Source: Nanobdellota archaeon (GTDB taxonomy: Archaea; Nanobdellota; Nanobdellia; Pacearchaeales; GW2011-AR1). From it: a stretch of 64,000 nt of DNA. The DNA lies in NCBI GenBank assembly GCA_030647125.1, contig JAUSKC010000017.1, forward strand, positions 12,664-76,663, in the 5' to 3' direction. The notes beneath the pieces are model-generated. The model saw nothing but the letters and a program-made list of their open reading frames with translations, was not told the origin of the DNA and did not search any database. Positions within the stretch are counted from its first letter, which is position 1; each line of letters opens with the position of its first letter. Of this stretch, positions 27,702-35,871 are shown piece after piece. A program made the position numbers and the translations under genes.

Positions 27702-28142
27702 ATGGAATGCCCATACTGTTCAAGTACAAGATTTAAAGTAACGAACAAACGCAACTCTGAAGAGGGAATAAGACGAAGAAGGGAGTGTTTAAAGTGCGGG
27801 AAAAGATTTACTACGCAAGAAAAAATAGAGAAAGATGATATTTTTGTAATAAAAAAGGATGGAAGAAGAGAGCAATTTTTGAGAGAGAAGTTGCAGAACG
27901 GAATTTATAGGGCGTTTGAAAAAAGGCCGGTAGCAAAAGACAAGATAGACAAAATAGTTCAAGAAATTGAGGAGCAAATAAGAAAAATGGGTAAAAAAGA
28001 GGTAAAAAGTTCTACGATAGGGGAGATGGCTATAAGAAAGATAAAGAAAATTGATAATATTGCATATATAAGATTTGCTTCGGTTTACAGAGACTTTCAA
28101 GATATTAAAGATTTTAAGGAAGAATTGGAGATATTCGCATGA
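27702..28142 (+). CDS. nrdR: transcriptional repressor NrdR (zinc ribbon + ATP-cone)
   Basis: MECPYCSSTRFKVTNKR...RRRRECLKCGKRFTTQE zinc ribbon followed by an ATP-cone (VIKKDGRREQF...YIRFASVYRDF). GAGGTG lies upstream of the ATG at 27702. The track start GTG at 27696 is an alternative. Confidence 0.85.
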   Translation: MECPYCSSTRFKVTNKRNSEEGIRRRRECLKCGKRFTTQEKIEKDDIFVIKKDGRREQFLREKLQNGIYRAFEKRPVAKDKIDKIVQEIEEQIRKMGKKEVKSSTIGEMAIRKIKKIDNIAYIRFASVYRDFQDIKDFKEELEIFA

Positions 28143-31006
28143 CTGAAACAATTTCGTTAATGATTGTAAAAAGAAATGGGGATGTAGTAGGATTTGAGTC
28201 AGAGAAAATAAAAAATGCTATAATGAAAGCTGTTCGCGCGACGGACAACAAAATAGAAGAGGAATTGATGGATAAACTTATTTTTGATATTCAGCAGGAA
28301 ATTGAAGCGCGCTTCATTGATTTTTATCCTAATGTTGAGAATGTGCAGGACATTGTTGAGAAAAACCTGGTAAAAAATGGATTGTATGAAATCTCAAAGG
28401 CCTATATTCTTTACAGAGAAAAAAGAAAACTCGAAAGAGAAAAAGAAAAAGTTGAGAATCAGAAAAAAGTCCAGCTTGGAAGATTAAAAGTAAAAAAATC
28501 TGATGGAACAGCAGTTCTCTTTGACCTTGGAAAGATAAAGGAAAGTATTTTGGCTGCAGCCAGAGGTTATGAAAAGGACATCTCGGCCGATTCGATTATA
28601 AAAGAACTTGTCAAAAATATTTACGACGGCATAACAACTGAAGATATTCAAAAGTCACTAATTTTAGCATCGGTGACATTTATAGAAAAAGACCCTGCTT
28701 ATAATTATGTTTCTGGGAGATTGTTTTTGCAAAAACTTTTCAAAGAGGCAACAGGTGAATCAATTCTAAAAGCCGGCAAAAGTGAGAATTACAAAAAAGC
28801 ATTTATTTATGGGATACAAAAAGGTGTGGAAGAAAATTTATTTGACAAGCGGCTTTTAAATTTTGATTTAATTAAATTGGGAAATGCCCTTAAGATCGAA
28901 AGAGATGAACTTTTGCAGTTTATGGGAATTCAAACATTATATGAAAGATATTTTGCTAAAGTTGGAGAAAAAAGAATAGAAATGCCACAAGGTTTTTGGA
29001 TGAGAGTTGCTATGGGATTGTCAATTAAAGAAAAAAACAAAGATGAAAAGGCAATTGAATTTTATGACTTGCTTTCTTCACTTAGATATGTTTCCTCAAC
29101 ACCGACGCTGTTTCATTCCGGGACACTTCATCCGCAATTAAGCTCATGTTACTTGAATACTGTAATGGATGATTTGCATCATATTTTTAAGGTCTATGGG
29201 GATAATGCGCAATTATCAAAATGGTCTGGAGGTATTGGAACTGATTGGACAAATGTGCGTGCAACTGGAGCAACTATAAAAACAAATGGAGTTTCAAGCC
29301 AAGGCACCATTCCTTTTTTAAAAATTGCAAATGATGTTACTGTTGCAATAAACCGAAGCGGAAAAAGAAGAGGCGCAACTTGCGTTTATCTTGAGACATG
29401 GCATCTTGATATTGAGGATTTTTTGGATTTAAAAAAGAACACTGGCGATGAAAGAAGGAGAACGCATGACATGAACACGGCAAATTGGATTCCTGATTTA
29501 TTTATGAAAAGAGTTTTAAACGATGAAGAATGGACTTTGTTCTCGCCGGAAGAAGTCCCTGAACTGCATCACTTATATGGAAGAAAATTTGAGAAAAAAT
29601 ATGAAGAGTATGAAGAGGCAGCACGAAACGGCAAAATAAAAAAACACAAAACAGTTTCGGCCTTGAAACTTTGGAAGAAAATGTTAAGCATGCTGTTTGA
29701 GACGGGGCATCCATGGATTACATTCAAAGACCCGTGCAATATTCGCTCGCCTCAAGATCATGTTGGAGTTATACATAATTCTAACTTATGCACTGAAATA
29801 ACTTTGAATACTTCTGAAAAAGAGACCGCTGTCTGCAATCTTGGTTCCATAAATTTTGGAAAACATATAATTAATAATCAATTGGACAAGGAATTAATTG
29901 CAAAAACAGTTAGAACTGCCGTCAGAATGCTTGACAATGTTATTGACATAAATTTCTATCCGACGATAGAAGCAGAAATGTCAAACTTGCAACACAGACC
30001 AATTGGTTTTGGGATAATGGGTTTCCAGGATGCACTTTACATGTTAGATATTGATTTTGGTTCTCCAGAAGCAGTAACTTTTGCTGACAAAAGCATGGAA
30101 TTGGTTTCTTATTATGCAATCCTTGCATCGTCTGAATTAGCAAAAGAAAGAGGAAAATACGAGAGTTATTCTGGTTCGAAATGGGATAAAGGAATTTTCC
30201 CACTAGATACATTAAATTTAGTTGAAGAAGAAAGAGGATTGAAGATAAATGTTTCACGAGACGAGAGTTTGGATTGGACGCCAGTAAGAATGCATGTTAA
30301 ACAATTCGGGATGAGAAATTCAAACGTTATGGCAATTGCGCCGACAGCGACGATATCCACAATTTCTGGATGTTATCCGTGCATCGAACCTATTTACAAA
30401 AACATCTATGTCAAGGCTAATATGAGTGGGGAATTTACAGTTGTCAATCCATACTTAATTGAGGATTTAAAGAAAAATGGGTTATGGAATCAGGAAATGC
30501 TTGAGCAATTGAAATATTACGACGGCAATGTAGGCCTGATTGCAGGAATTCCAGATGAACTTAAAAGAAAATACAAAGAAGTTTTTGATATAGATGCAAA
30601 ACATTTAATTGATATTACTGCAGCTAGAGGAAAATGGATTGACCAATCGCAAAGTTTCAACTTGTTCATAAAAGGAGTTTCAGGAACTAAGTTAAGCGAA
30701 ACATATTTGTATGCTTGGGAAAAAGGGTTGAAAACAACTTATTATTTGAGAAGTTTGGCAGCATCGCAAATTGAGAAGTCTACGCTGAATGCAGAAAAAT
30801 ACGGGTTCACGCAAAAAAGAGAATATAAAAATTTTGATGTGTCAGAAAAAATTCAGGAAGTTGAACGACTTAAAGAAATTACTACAAAACAAAGGGCTGC
30901 CGCTTCAAATTTTGATCTTGAAATCGGCAATGAAATGTCAGCTACTGAATTTACAAATGGCAAAATTTGTTCCTTGCTTGATCCGGACTGCGAAGCGTGT
31001 CAATAA
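28139..31006 (+). CDS. nrdA: class I ribonucleotide reductase large subunit
   Basis: N-terminal ATP-cone, the SSCYLN and NLCTEI active-site motifs, and a C-terminal redox Cys cluster CSLLDPDCEAC. The start overlaps the nrdR stop. Confidence 0.9.
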   Translation: MTETISLMIVKRNGDVVGFESEKIKNAIMKAVRATDNKIEEELMDKLIFDIQQEIEARFIDFYPNVENVQDIVEKNLVKNGLYEISKAYILYREKRKLEREKEKVENQKKVQLGRLKVKKSDGTAVLFDLGKIKESILAAARGYEKDISADSIIKELVKNIYDGITTEDIQKSLILASVTFIEKDPAYNYVSGRLFLQKLFKEATGESILKAGKSENYKKAFIYGIQKGVEENLFDKRLLNFDLIKLGNALKIERDELLQFMGIQTLYERYFAKVGEKRIEMPQGFWMRVAMGLSIKEKNKDEKAIEFYDLLSSLRYVSSTPTLFHSGTLHPQLSSCYLNTVMDDLHHIFKVYGDNAQLSKWSGGIGTDWTNVRATGATIKTNGVSSQGTIPFLKIANDVTVAINRSGKRRGATCVYLETWHLDIEDFLDLKKNTGDERRRTHDMNTANWIPDLFMKRVLNDEEWTLFSPEEVPELHHLYGRKFEKKYEEYEEAARNGKIKKHKTVSALKLWKKMLSMLFETGHPWITFKDPCNIRSPQDHVGVIHNSNLCTEITLNTSEKETAVCNLGSINFGKHIINNQLDKELIAKTVRTAVRMLDNVIDINFYPTIEAEMSNLQHRPIGFGIMGFQDALYMLDIDFGSPEAVTFADKSMELVSYYAILASSELAKERGKYESYSGSKWDKGIFPLDTLNLVEEERGLKINVSRDESLDWTPVRMHVKQFGMRNSNVMAIAPTATISTISGCYPCIEPIYKNIYVKANMSGEFTVVNPYLIEDLKKNGLWNQEMLEQLKYYDGNVGLIAGIPDELKRKYKEVFDIDAKHLIDITAARGKWIDQSQSFNLFIKGVSGTKLSETYLYAWEKGLKTTYYLRSLAASQIEKSTLNAEKYGFTQKREYKNFDVSEKIQEVERLKEITTKQRAAASNFDLEIGNEMSATEFTNGKICSLLDPDCEACQ

Positions 31007-31024
31007 ATAAAGAATAATATTAAA

Positions 31025-32215
31025 ATGGAAATTGAAAATGTAAAACGGCTTTTGGAAGTTAATCAATTGAAAATAGAAAAGATGACTTCCCAAATTATGG
31101 AACTTAATGATGAACTTTCAAATATAAAACTTTTAATGCTTAACTTAGAAAGACCGACGTTAGAAAATAAAGAAAACAAAAATGAATTTCAAGATAGAGA
31201 AGATGAAGATTATAGTAAAATAGGCATAATAAATAATTCAAAAACGGATCCGAATAAGATTTTGCCTATGAGATATTTGTGGGCGCGAGAACATTATAAA
31301 ACGGGCGTCGCAAACAATTGGGTTCCTGAAGAAATCCCCATGCAGGACGACGTTGAGCAATGGAAATCAGACAGGTTTTTGAACGAAACAGAAAGAAGAA
31401 TGATTATTTGGAATTTGGGATTTTTCTCTACTGCAGAATCTCTGACGGCAAACAATATTGTTTTGGCGGTTTATAATCATGTCACAAATCCTGAATGCAG
31501 ACAGTATTTGCTTAGACAAGCCTTTGAAGAGGCAATTCATACTGATACTTTCATTTATTGCTGTGATACTCTTGGTTTGAATCCTGATATGATATATAAT
31601 ATGTATAATACAATTCCTTCAATAAAAGAAAAAGATAATTTTGTAATTGAACTTACTAAGAGTGTCTTCGACCCTAATTTCTCTACGAAAGGAAAAGAAA
31701 ATGTAAGAAAATTTCTGCATGATTTAATAGGATATTATGTTATAATGGAAGGAATTTTCTTTTACGCAGGATTTGCCATGATGCTTGCTTTAAAGAGGCA
31801 GCATAAAATGATTGGAATAGGCGAGCAGTTTGAATTTATTATGAGGGATGAATCAATTCATTTGGCTTTTGGTTGCGATTTAATTAATACAATAAAAACG
31901 GAAAATCCTGAAATATGGAATGAAGAATTCAAAAATGAAGCGATTCAACTTATAAAAAAAGCAGTAGAACTTGAAAAGAAATATGCTTATGATGCATGTC
32001 CTCAAGGAATTTTAGGAATTAATGCTGAGCAATTTTGCAATTATGTTGAATACATTGCTGACAGGCGACTTGAAAGAATTGGTCTATTAAGAGTTTACAA
32101 TACAGAAAATCCTTTTCCTTGGATGTCACAATCAACAGATTTATCGAAGGAGAAAAACTTTTTTGAAACGCGCGTCACAGAATATCAGACCGCAGGAAAT
32201 TTAACTTGGGATTAA
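31025..32215 (+). CDS. nrdB: class I RNR small subunit, class Ic-like (Phe at the radical-Tyr position)
   Basis: YLWAREHYKTGVANNWVPEEIPM start region. Metal ligands are FFSTAES (Glu where class Ia has Asp) and EEAIHTDTF (E-x-x-H then Phe at H+4, codon 31550-31552). There is an N-terminal extension of about 80 aa, so the real start could be internal. Confidence 0.8.
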   Translation: MEIENVKRLLEVNQLKIEKMTSQIMELNDELSNIKLLMLNLERPTLENKENKNEFQDREDEDYSKIGIINNSKTDPNKILPMRYLWAREHYKTGVANNWVPEEIPMQDDVEQWKSDRFLNETERRMIIWNLGFFSTAESLTANNIVLAVYNHVTNPECRQYLLRQAFEEAIHTDTFIYCCDTLGLNPDMIYNMYNTIPSIKEKDNFVIELTKSVFDPNFSTKGKENVRKFLHDLIGYYVIMEGIFFYAGFAMMLALKRQHKMIGIGEQFEFIMRDESIHLAFGCDLINTIKTENPEIWNEEFKNEAIQLIKKAVELEKKYAYDACPQGILGINAEQFCNYVEYIADRRLERIGLLRVYNTENPFPWMSQSTDLSKEKNFFETRVTEYQTAGNLTWD

Positions 32216-32223
32216 TAACAATT

Positions 32224-32330
32224 GAGGACGAAAACATCAATAGATGTTTTAGGGATTAATGGAGGACGAAAACACTGTGGTGTTTTAGGGAATAATAGAG
32301 GACGAAAACACTGTGGTGTTTTAGGGAATA
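32224..32330 (+). repeat. three tandem 36-38 bp repeats, each with a palindrome (AAAACAC-TGTG-GTGTTTT type), between nrdB and nrdD
   Basis: The gaggacgaaaac unit starts at 32224, 32262 and 32298. Palindromes lie at 32231-32250 (aaaacatc aata gatgtttt), 32269-32286 and 32305-32322 (aaaacac tgtg gtgtttt). Confidence 0.9.
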
Positions 32331-32337
32331 AATAAAA

Positions 32338-35300
32338 ATGATAACAAAAGTAAGGAAACGTGATGGGAATGTTGTTCCGTTCGACAAAGAAAAAGTAACG
32401 GAAGCAATTTGGAAAGCTGCAAAAGCCGTTGGCGGACATGATAAAGAAATGGCAAAACACATTTCTGATTTAGTTGTTAAGGACTTAAATGAAAAATACG
32501 GAGACAATGCAATCCCTAGTGTGGAGAATGTGCAAGACATTGTTGAAAAAACTTTAATTGAAGATGGACGCGCAAAAACAGCCAAGGCATACATTCTTTA
32601 TAGAAAAAGTCATGAAGAACTAAGAGAAGTTAAGGGATTATTCGACACGATTGAAGTTGTCGATGATTATTTGGGATTGAATGACTGGATGATTAAGGAG
32701 AATTCAAATATGGGTTTTTCGCTTCAAGGGCTAAATAATTATATTGCGACTAAGATAATTACAAATTACTGGAATAGGCGAGTTTATCCTGAAGCAATAA
32801 GGGCCGCACACGAGAATGCGGAGATTCATATTCATGATTTAGGAACTTTGGGTGCGTATTGCGTCGGATGGGATTTGAAGGATTTGTTAATGACAGGATT
32901 TACTGGAGTTGCAGGAAAGGTTTCGTCAAGACCACCAAAACATTTTAGAACCGCATTAGGGCAGATGGTTAATTTCTTTTATACTTTGCAAGGCGAGACA
33001 GCTGGCGCGCAAGCATTTTCAAATTTTGATAGTTTATTAGCACCTTTTGTAAGATACGACGAATTAAATTACAAAGAAATCAAACAAGCAATGCAAGAAT
33101 TTTTGTTTAACCTTGCTGTTCCGACTCGCGTCGGATTTCAGTGCATGTCTGAAGATACACAAATTTTAACTCCAAATGGATGGAAGAAATATAACGAACT
33201 TAAAGAGGGAGAGATAATAAAAACATTTAACATTAAAGAAAAAGTTATAGAAGACAAACCCATAAAACGATTATTTGTAAGAGAATATAGTGGTGTTATG
33301 TATAACCTAAAAAATAGAATTCAAAACCAATTAATTTCTCCAGGACATAGGGTTGTAAGGAAAAAATTCCAGTCAGATGAGTATATTCTTGAAGAAATAG
33401 AAAAAGTGGAAAAAATGAAATCGCCATTTATAATTCCAATTGCTGCAAAAAATTCTTGTGAAGATATTAATTTATCAGATGAGCAAATAAAATTAATGGC
33501 TTGGATTATTGCTGAAGGCACAATAGAAAATTACACTTCACACAGGCATTCAGGAAGAGTTACAATATATCAATCTGCAATAAAAAACCCATCTAAATAT
33601 CAAGAGATAACTTCTTTACTGCAAGGTTTCAATTTAAATTATTCTGAAAATGATTCTACACCTGCTTTAGGAAGTTCAGTAAAAATGATGAGAATGAATG
33701 CTGAATCTTCCAGATTTGTGCATGCTTTGTTTGAGATGAAGAGAAATGTAAATTTTATTCCAGAGAAATTATTAAATATGAGTTCACGACAATCAAGATT
33801 ATTTTTGGAAACTTACCTTAAAGCAGATGGATTTGAAGGAGCTAAGATTGCCACAACAAATAAAGAAATTTTGCACGGACTGCAACAAATTGTCGTCAAT
33901 GCAGAATATGGTTTTACTGTTTTAAAAAGAGAACCGACTATCGGAACAAAACCAATTTATGTATTAAGACTAATTAAGCACAAGGAGACATATATTCAAG
34001 ATATAAAAAAAGTAGATTATAATGGCATTATTTGGTGCCCTAATACAGATAATGAGACAGTAATAGCCAAGAGAAAGGGAAAGGTCTTCATAACTGGAAA
34101 TACACCTTTTACAAATATAACAATGGATTTGAAAGTTCCGTCTTATATGAAAGAAGAACAAGTCATTATAGGAGGTCAGCCAATGAAAGAAACGTACAAA
34201 GAATTCCAAAAAGAAATGGACATGATTAACAAGGCCTTTGCAGAGTGCATGCTCGAAGGCGACTCACAAGGAAGGGTCTTCACTTTTCCTATACCTACTT
34301 ATAATATCACAAAGGACTTTGACTGGGATAATGAAAATTATAATTTAATATGGGAAATGACTGCAAAATACGGAATTCCTTATTTTAGCAATTTCATAAA
34401 TTCTGACATGAATCCAGAAGATGCGAGAAGTATGTGCTGCCGTCTGCGTTTAGACCAGACAGAATTAAGAAAAAGAGGAGGGGGACTTTTTGGAGCAAAT
34501 CCACAAACTGGCAGTGTTGGGGTTGTGACGATTAACATGCCACGGCTTGGATTTACATGCGTTACTGAAGAAGAATTTTTCTCAAAATTAAACAATTTAA
34601 TGGAGCTTGCAAAAGAAAGTTTGGAAATTAAGAGAAAAACACTAGAACGATATACTGAAATGGGACTTTATCCTTATTCTAAATTTTATTTGAGAAGTGT
34701 CTATCAAAGATTTGGACAATACTGGAAGAATCATTTCTCAACTATAGGATTGTTGGGAATGAATGAATGCATTGTCAACTTTATGCCTGACGAAAATATA
34801 ACAACAGAAAGAGGAAGAAAATTCGCATTGAAGGTCTTGCATTTCATGAGATCTAAATTAGAAGAATACCAAGTTGAGACAGAAAATATTTACAATCTTG
34901 AAGCGACTCCTGGTGAGGGAACGAGCTACAGATTTGCGCGAGAGGACAAAAAAAGATTTGGTAGAATTATTGTTGCAAATGAAAAAGTTGTAAAAGAAGG
35001 TAAGGCAAAACCCTACTACACAAATTCAACCCATATTCCAGTTAATTTTACCGATGATCTTTTTGAAGCGCTTGACTTGCAAGATGAGTTGCAAGTCCAA
35101 TACACTGGCGGAACGGTTCTTCATAGTTTCATAGGAGAGAAAATAAATAAAGATGGGGTAAAAATTCTTGTTAGAAAAATTGCTGAGAATTATCACTTGC
35201 CTTATTTTACTATAACCCCTACATTTTCAGTTTGCCCAATTCATGGGTATCTTGCTGGAGAGCATGAGTATTGCCCTCGGTGCGATGAAGAACACGGAAT

Positions 35301-35343
35301 AAGCAACGAAACGGGTTTGCTGATTAAACAAAAAGATAAATAA
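32338..35343 (+). CDS. nrdD: class III (anaerobic) ribonucleoside-triphosphate reductase, intein-containing, ending before the glycyl-radical loop
   Basis: ATP-cone, the AEIHIHDL motif, GFQ|intein|TPFTNIT, and a C-terminal VCPIHGY...YCPRC zinc motif. The ORF stops at TAA 35341-35343. Confidence 0.9.
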   Translation: MITKVRKRDGNVVPFDKEKVTEAIWKAAKAVGGHDKEMAKHISDLVVKDLNEKYGDNAIPSVENVQDIVEKTLIEDGRAKTAKAYILYRKSHEELREVKGLFDTIEVVDDYLGLNDWMIKENSNMGFSLQGLNNYIATKIITNYWNRRVYPEAIRAAHENAEIHIHDLGTLGAYCVGWDLKDLLMTGFTGVAGKVSSRPPKHFRTALGQMVNFFYTLQGETAGAQAFSNFDSLLAPFVRYDELNYKEIKQAMQEFLFNLAVPTRVGFQCMSEDTQILTPNGWKKYNELKEGEIIKTFNIKEKVIEDKPIKRLFVREYSGVMYNLKNRIQNQLISPGHRVVRKKFQSDEYILEEIEKVEKMKSPFIIPIAAKNSCEDINLSDEQIKLMAWIIAEGTIENYTSHRHSGRVTIYQSAIKNPSKYQEITSLLQGFNLNYSENDSTPALGSSVKMMRMNAESSRFVHALFEMKRNVNFIPEKLLNMSSRQSRLFLETYLKADGFEGAKIATTNKEILHGLQQIVVNAEYGFTVLKREPTIGTKPIYVLRLIKHKETYIQDIKKVDYNGIIWCPNTDNETVIAKRKGKVFITGNTPFTNITMDLKVPSYMKEEQVIIGGQPMKETYKEFQKEMDMINKAFAECMLEGDSQGRVFTFPIPTYNITKDFDWDNENYNLIWEMTAKYGIPYFSNFINSDMNPEDARSMCCRLRLDQTELRKRGGGLFGANPQTGSVGVVTINMPRLGFTCVTEEEFFSKLNNLMELAKESLEIKRKTLERYTEMGLYPYSKFYLRSVYQRFGQYWKNHFSTIGLLGMNECIVNFMPDENITTERGRKFALKVLHFMRSKLEEYQVETENIYNLEATPGEGTSYRFAREDKKRFGRIIVANEKVVKEGKAKPYYTNSTHIPVNFTDDLFEALDLQDELQVQYTGGTVLHSFIGEKINKDGVKILVRKIAENYHLPYFTITPTFSVCPIHGYLAGEHEYCPRCDEEHGISNETGLLIKQKDK
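33142..34101 (+). mobile_element. intein (320 aa) with LAGLIDADG homing-endonuclease domain inside nrdD
   Basis: It starts with Cys (CMSEDTQILTPNGW, block A) and has an SPGH block B-like motif. The LAGLIDADG motifs are LMAWIIAEGT and LFLETYLKADGF. It ends ...KVFITGN followed by Thr+1, and the flanks rejoin as GFQ-TPFTNIT. Confidence 0.85.
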
Positions 35344-35355
35344 AAGGGAGGAAAA

Positions 35356-35511
35356 ATGGAACGAACAAAATGCGAGGTATATTCGAGAGTTGTTGGCTAT
35401 ATAAGGCCGGTACAGCAATGGAATGAAGGGAAGCAGGCAGAATGGGCTGATAGAAAAACTTTTGTTATCGACGGAAAATCAAAAGAACAAATTATTGAAT
35501 GTGTGGCTTAA
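35356..35511 (+). CDS. stand-alone NrdD C-terminal glycyl-radical segment (51 aa), in frame with nrdD, 12 nt after its stop
   Basis: Own translation: MERTKCEVYSRVVGYIRPVQQWNEGKQAEWADRKTFVIDGKSKEQIIECVA*. It carries the RVxGY glycyl-radical motif. GGGAGG lies 4 nt upstream of the ATG. Confidence 0.7.
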   Translation: MERTKCEVYSRVVGYIRPVQQWNEGKQAEWADRKTFVIDGKSKEQIIECVA

Positions 35512-35786
35512 AGGCCCCTATCTCTCGCTGCATATAATATCTCTTCTGTGATAGTAGCTCCTTTGCCGTTATTTATATACTTACCGAAACCATATTTAAC
35601 AAATACAGTCGCTGCAGAATGGGCATTTCTTGAGGCCACTTCTGATAAATCTTCGCTTAAAGAATATTCTAAATTCACTCTTTTGCCAACATGAACAATT
35701 TTAATAGGTGTTCCAAAAAGGTCAACAACTTTTCCAGTTTTTGAATCATACCAAAGCATTTCAAGATTACGTGTCATAAAATTCAA
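35508..35786 (-). CDS. hypothetical protein
   Basis: 92-aa ORF convergent with nrdD. No motif recognised. Confidence 0.4.
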   Translation of the reverse strand: MNFMTRNLEMLWYDSKTGKVVDLFGTPIKIVHVGKRVNLEYSLSEDLSEVASRNAHSAATVFVKYGFGKYINNGKGATITEEILYAARDRGL

Positions 35787-35871
35787 TCCTAGAACTTATT
35801 AAAAAGATTGTGGTTCTTAACAAGCATATTAATTAAGTGAGATTTTTAAACTTGCCAGACCTTTATTTAGA

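Noticed and set aside
32224-32330. The tandem repeat can be read as a CRISPR-like array: a 28-nt unit GTTTTAGGGAATAATAGAGGACGAAAAC with GTTTT...GAAAAC ends.
   Set aside because: The 'spacers' would be only 8-10 nt, and two of them are identical (actgtggt). There are only about 2.5 units and no cas genes in the window. It is better described as a tandem palindromic repeat.
32212-32594. Minus-strand ORFs 32212-32460 and 32256-32594 have a repeated peptide (PKTPQCFRP twice).
   Set aside because: The peptide repeat is just the translation of the tandem DNA repeat. The ORFs are antisense to the nrdD start and the nrdB end and have no coding support.
35341-35343. The in-frame TAA in nrdD could indicate a stop-codon-reassigned genetic code.
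   Set aside because: TAA terminates many well-conserved genes here at their expected C-termini (for example rpoB, rps7, nrdA). Global reassignment is therefore not tenable. Local readthrough is kept as one hypothesis in the finding.
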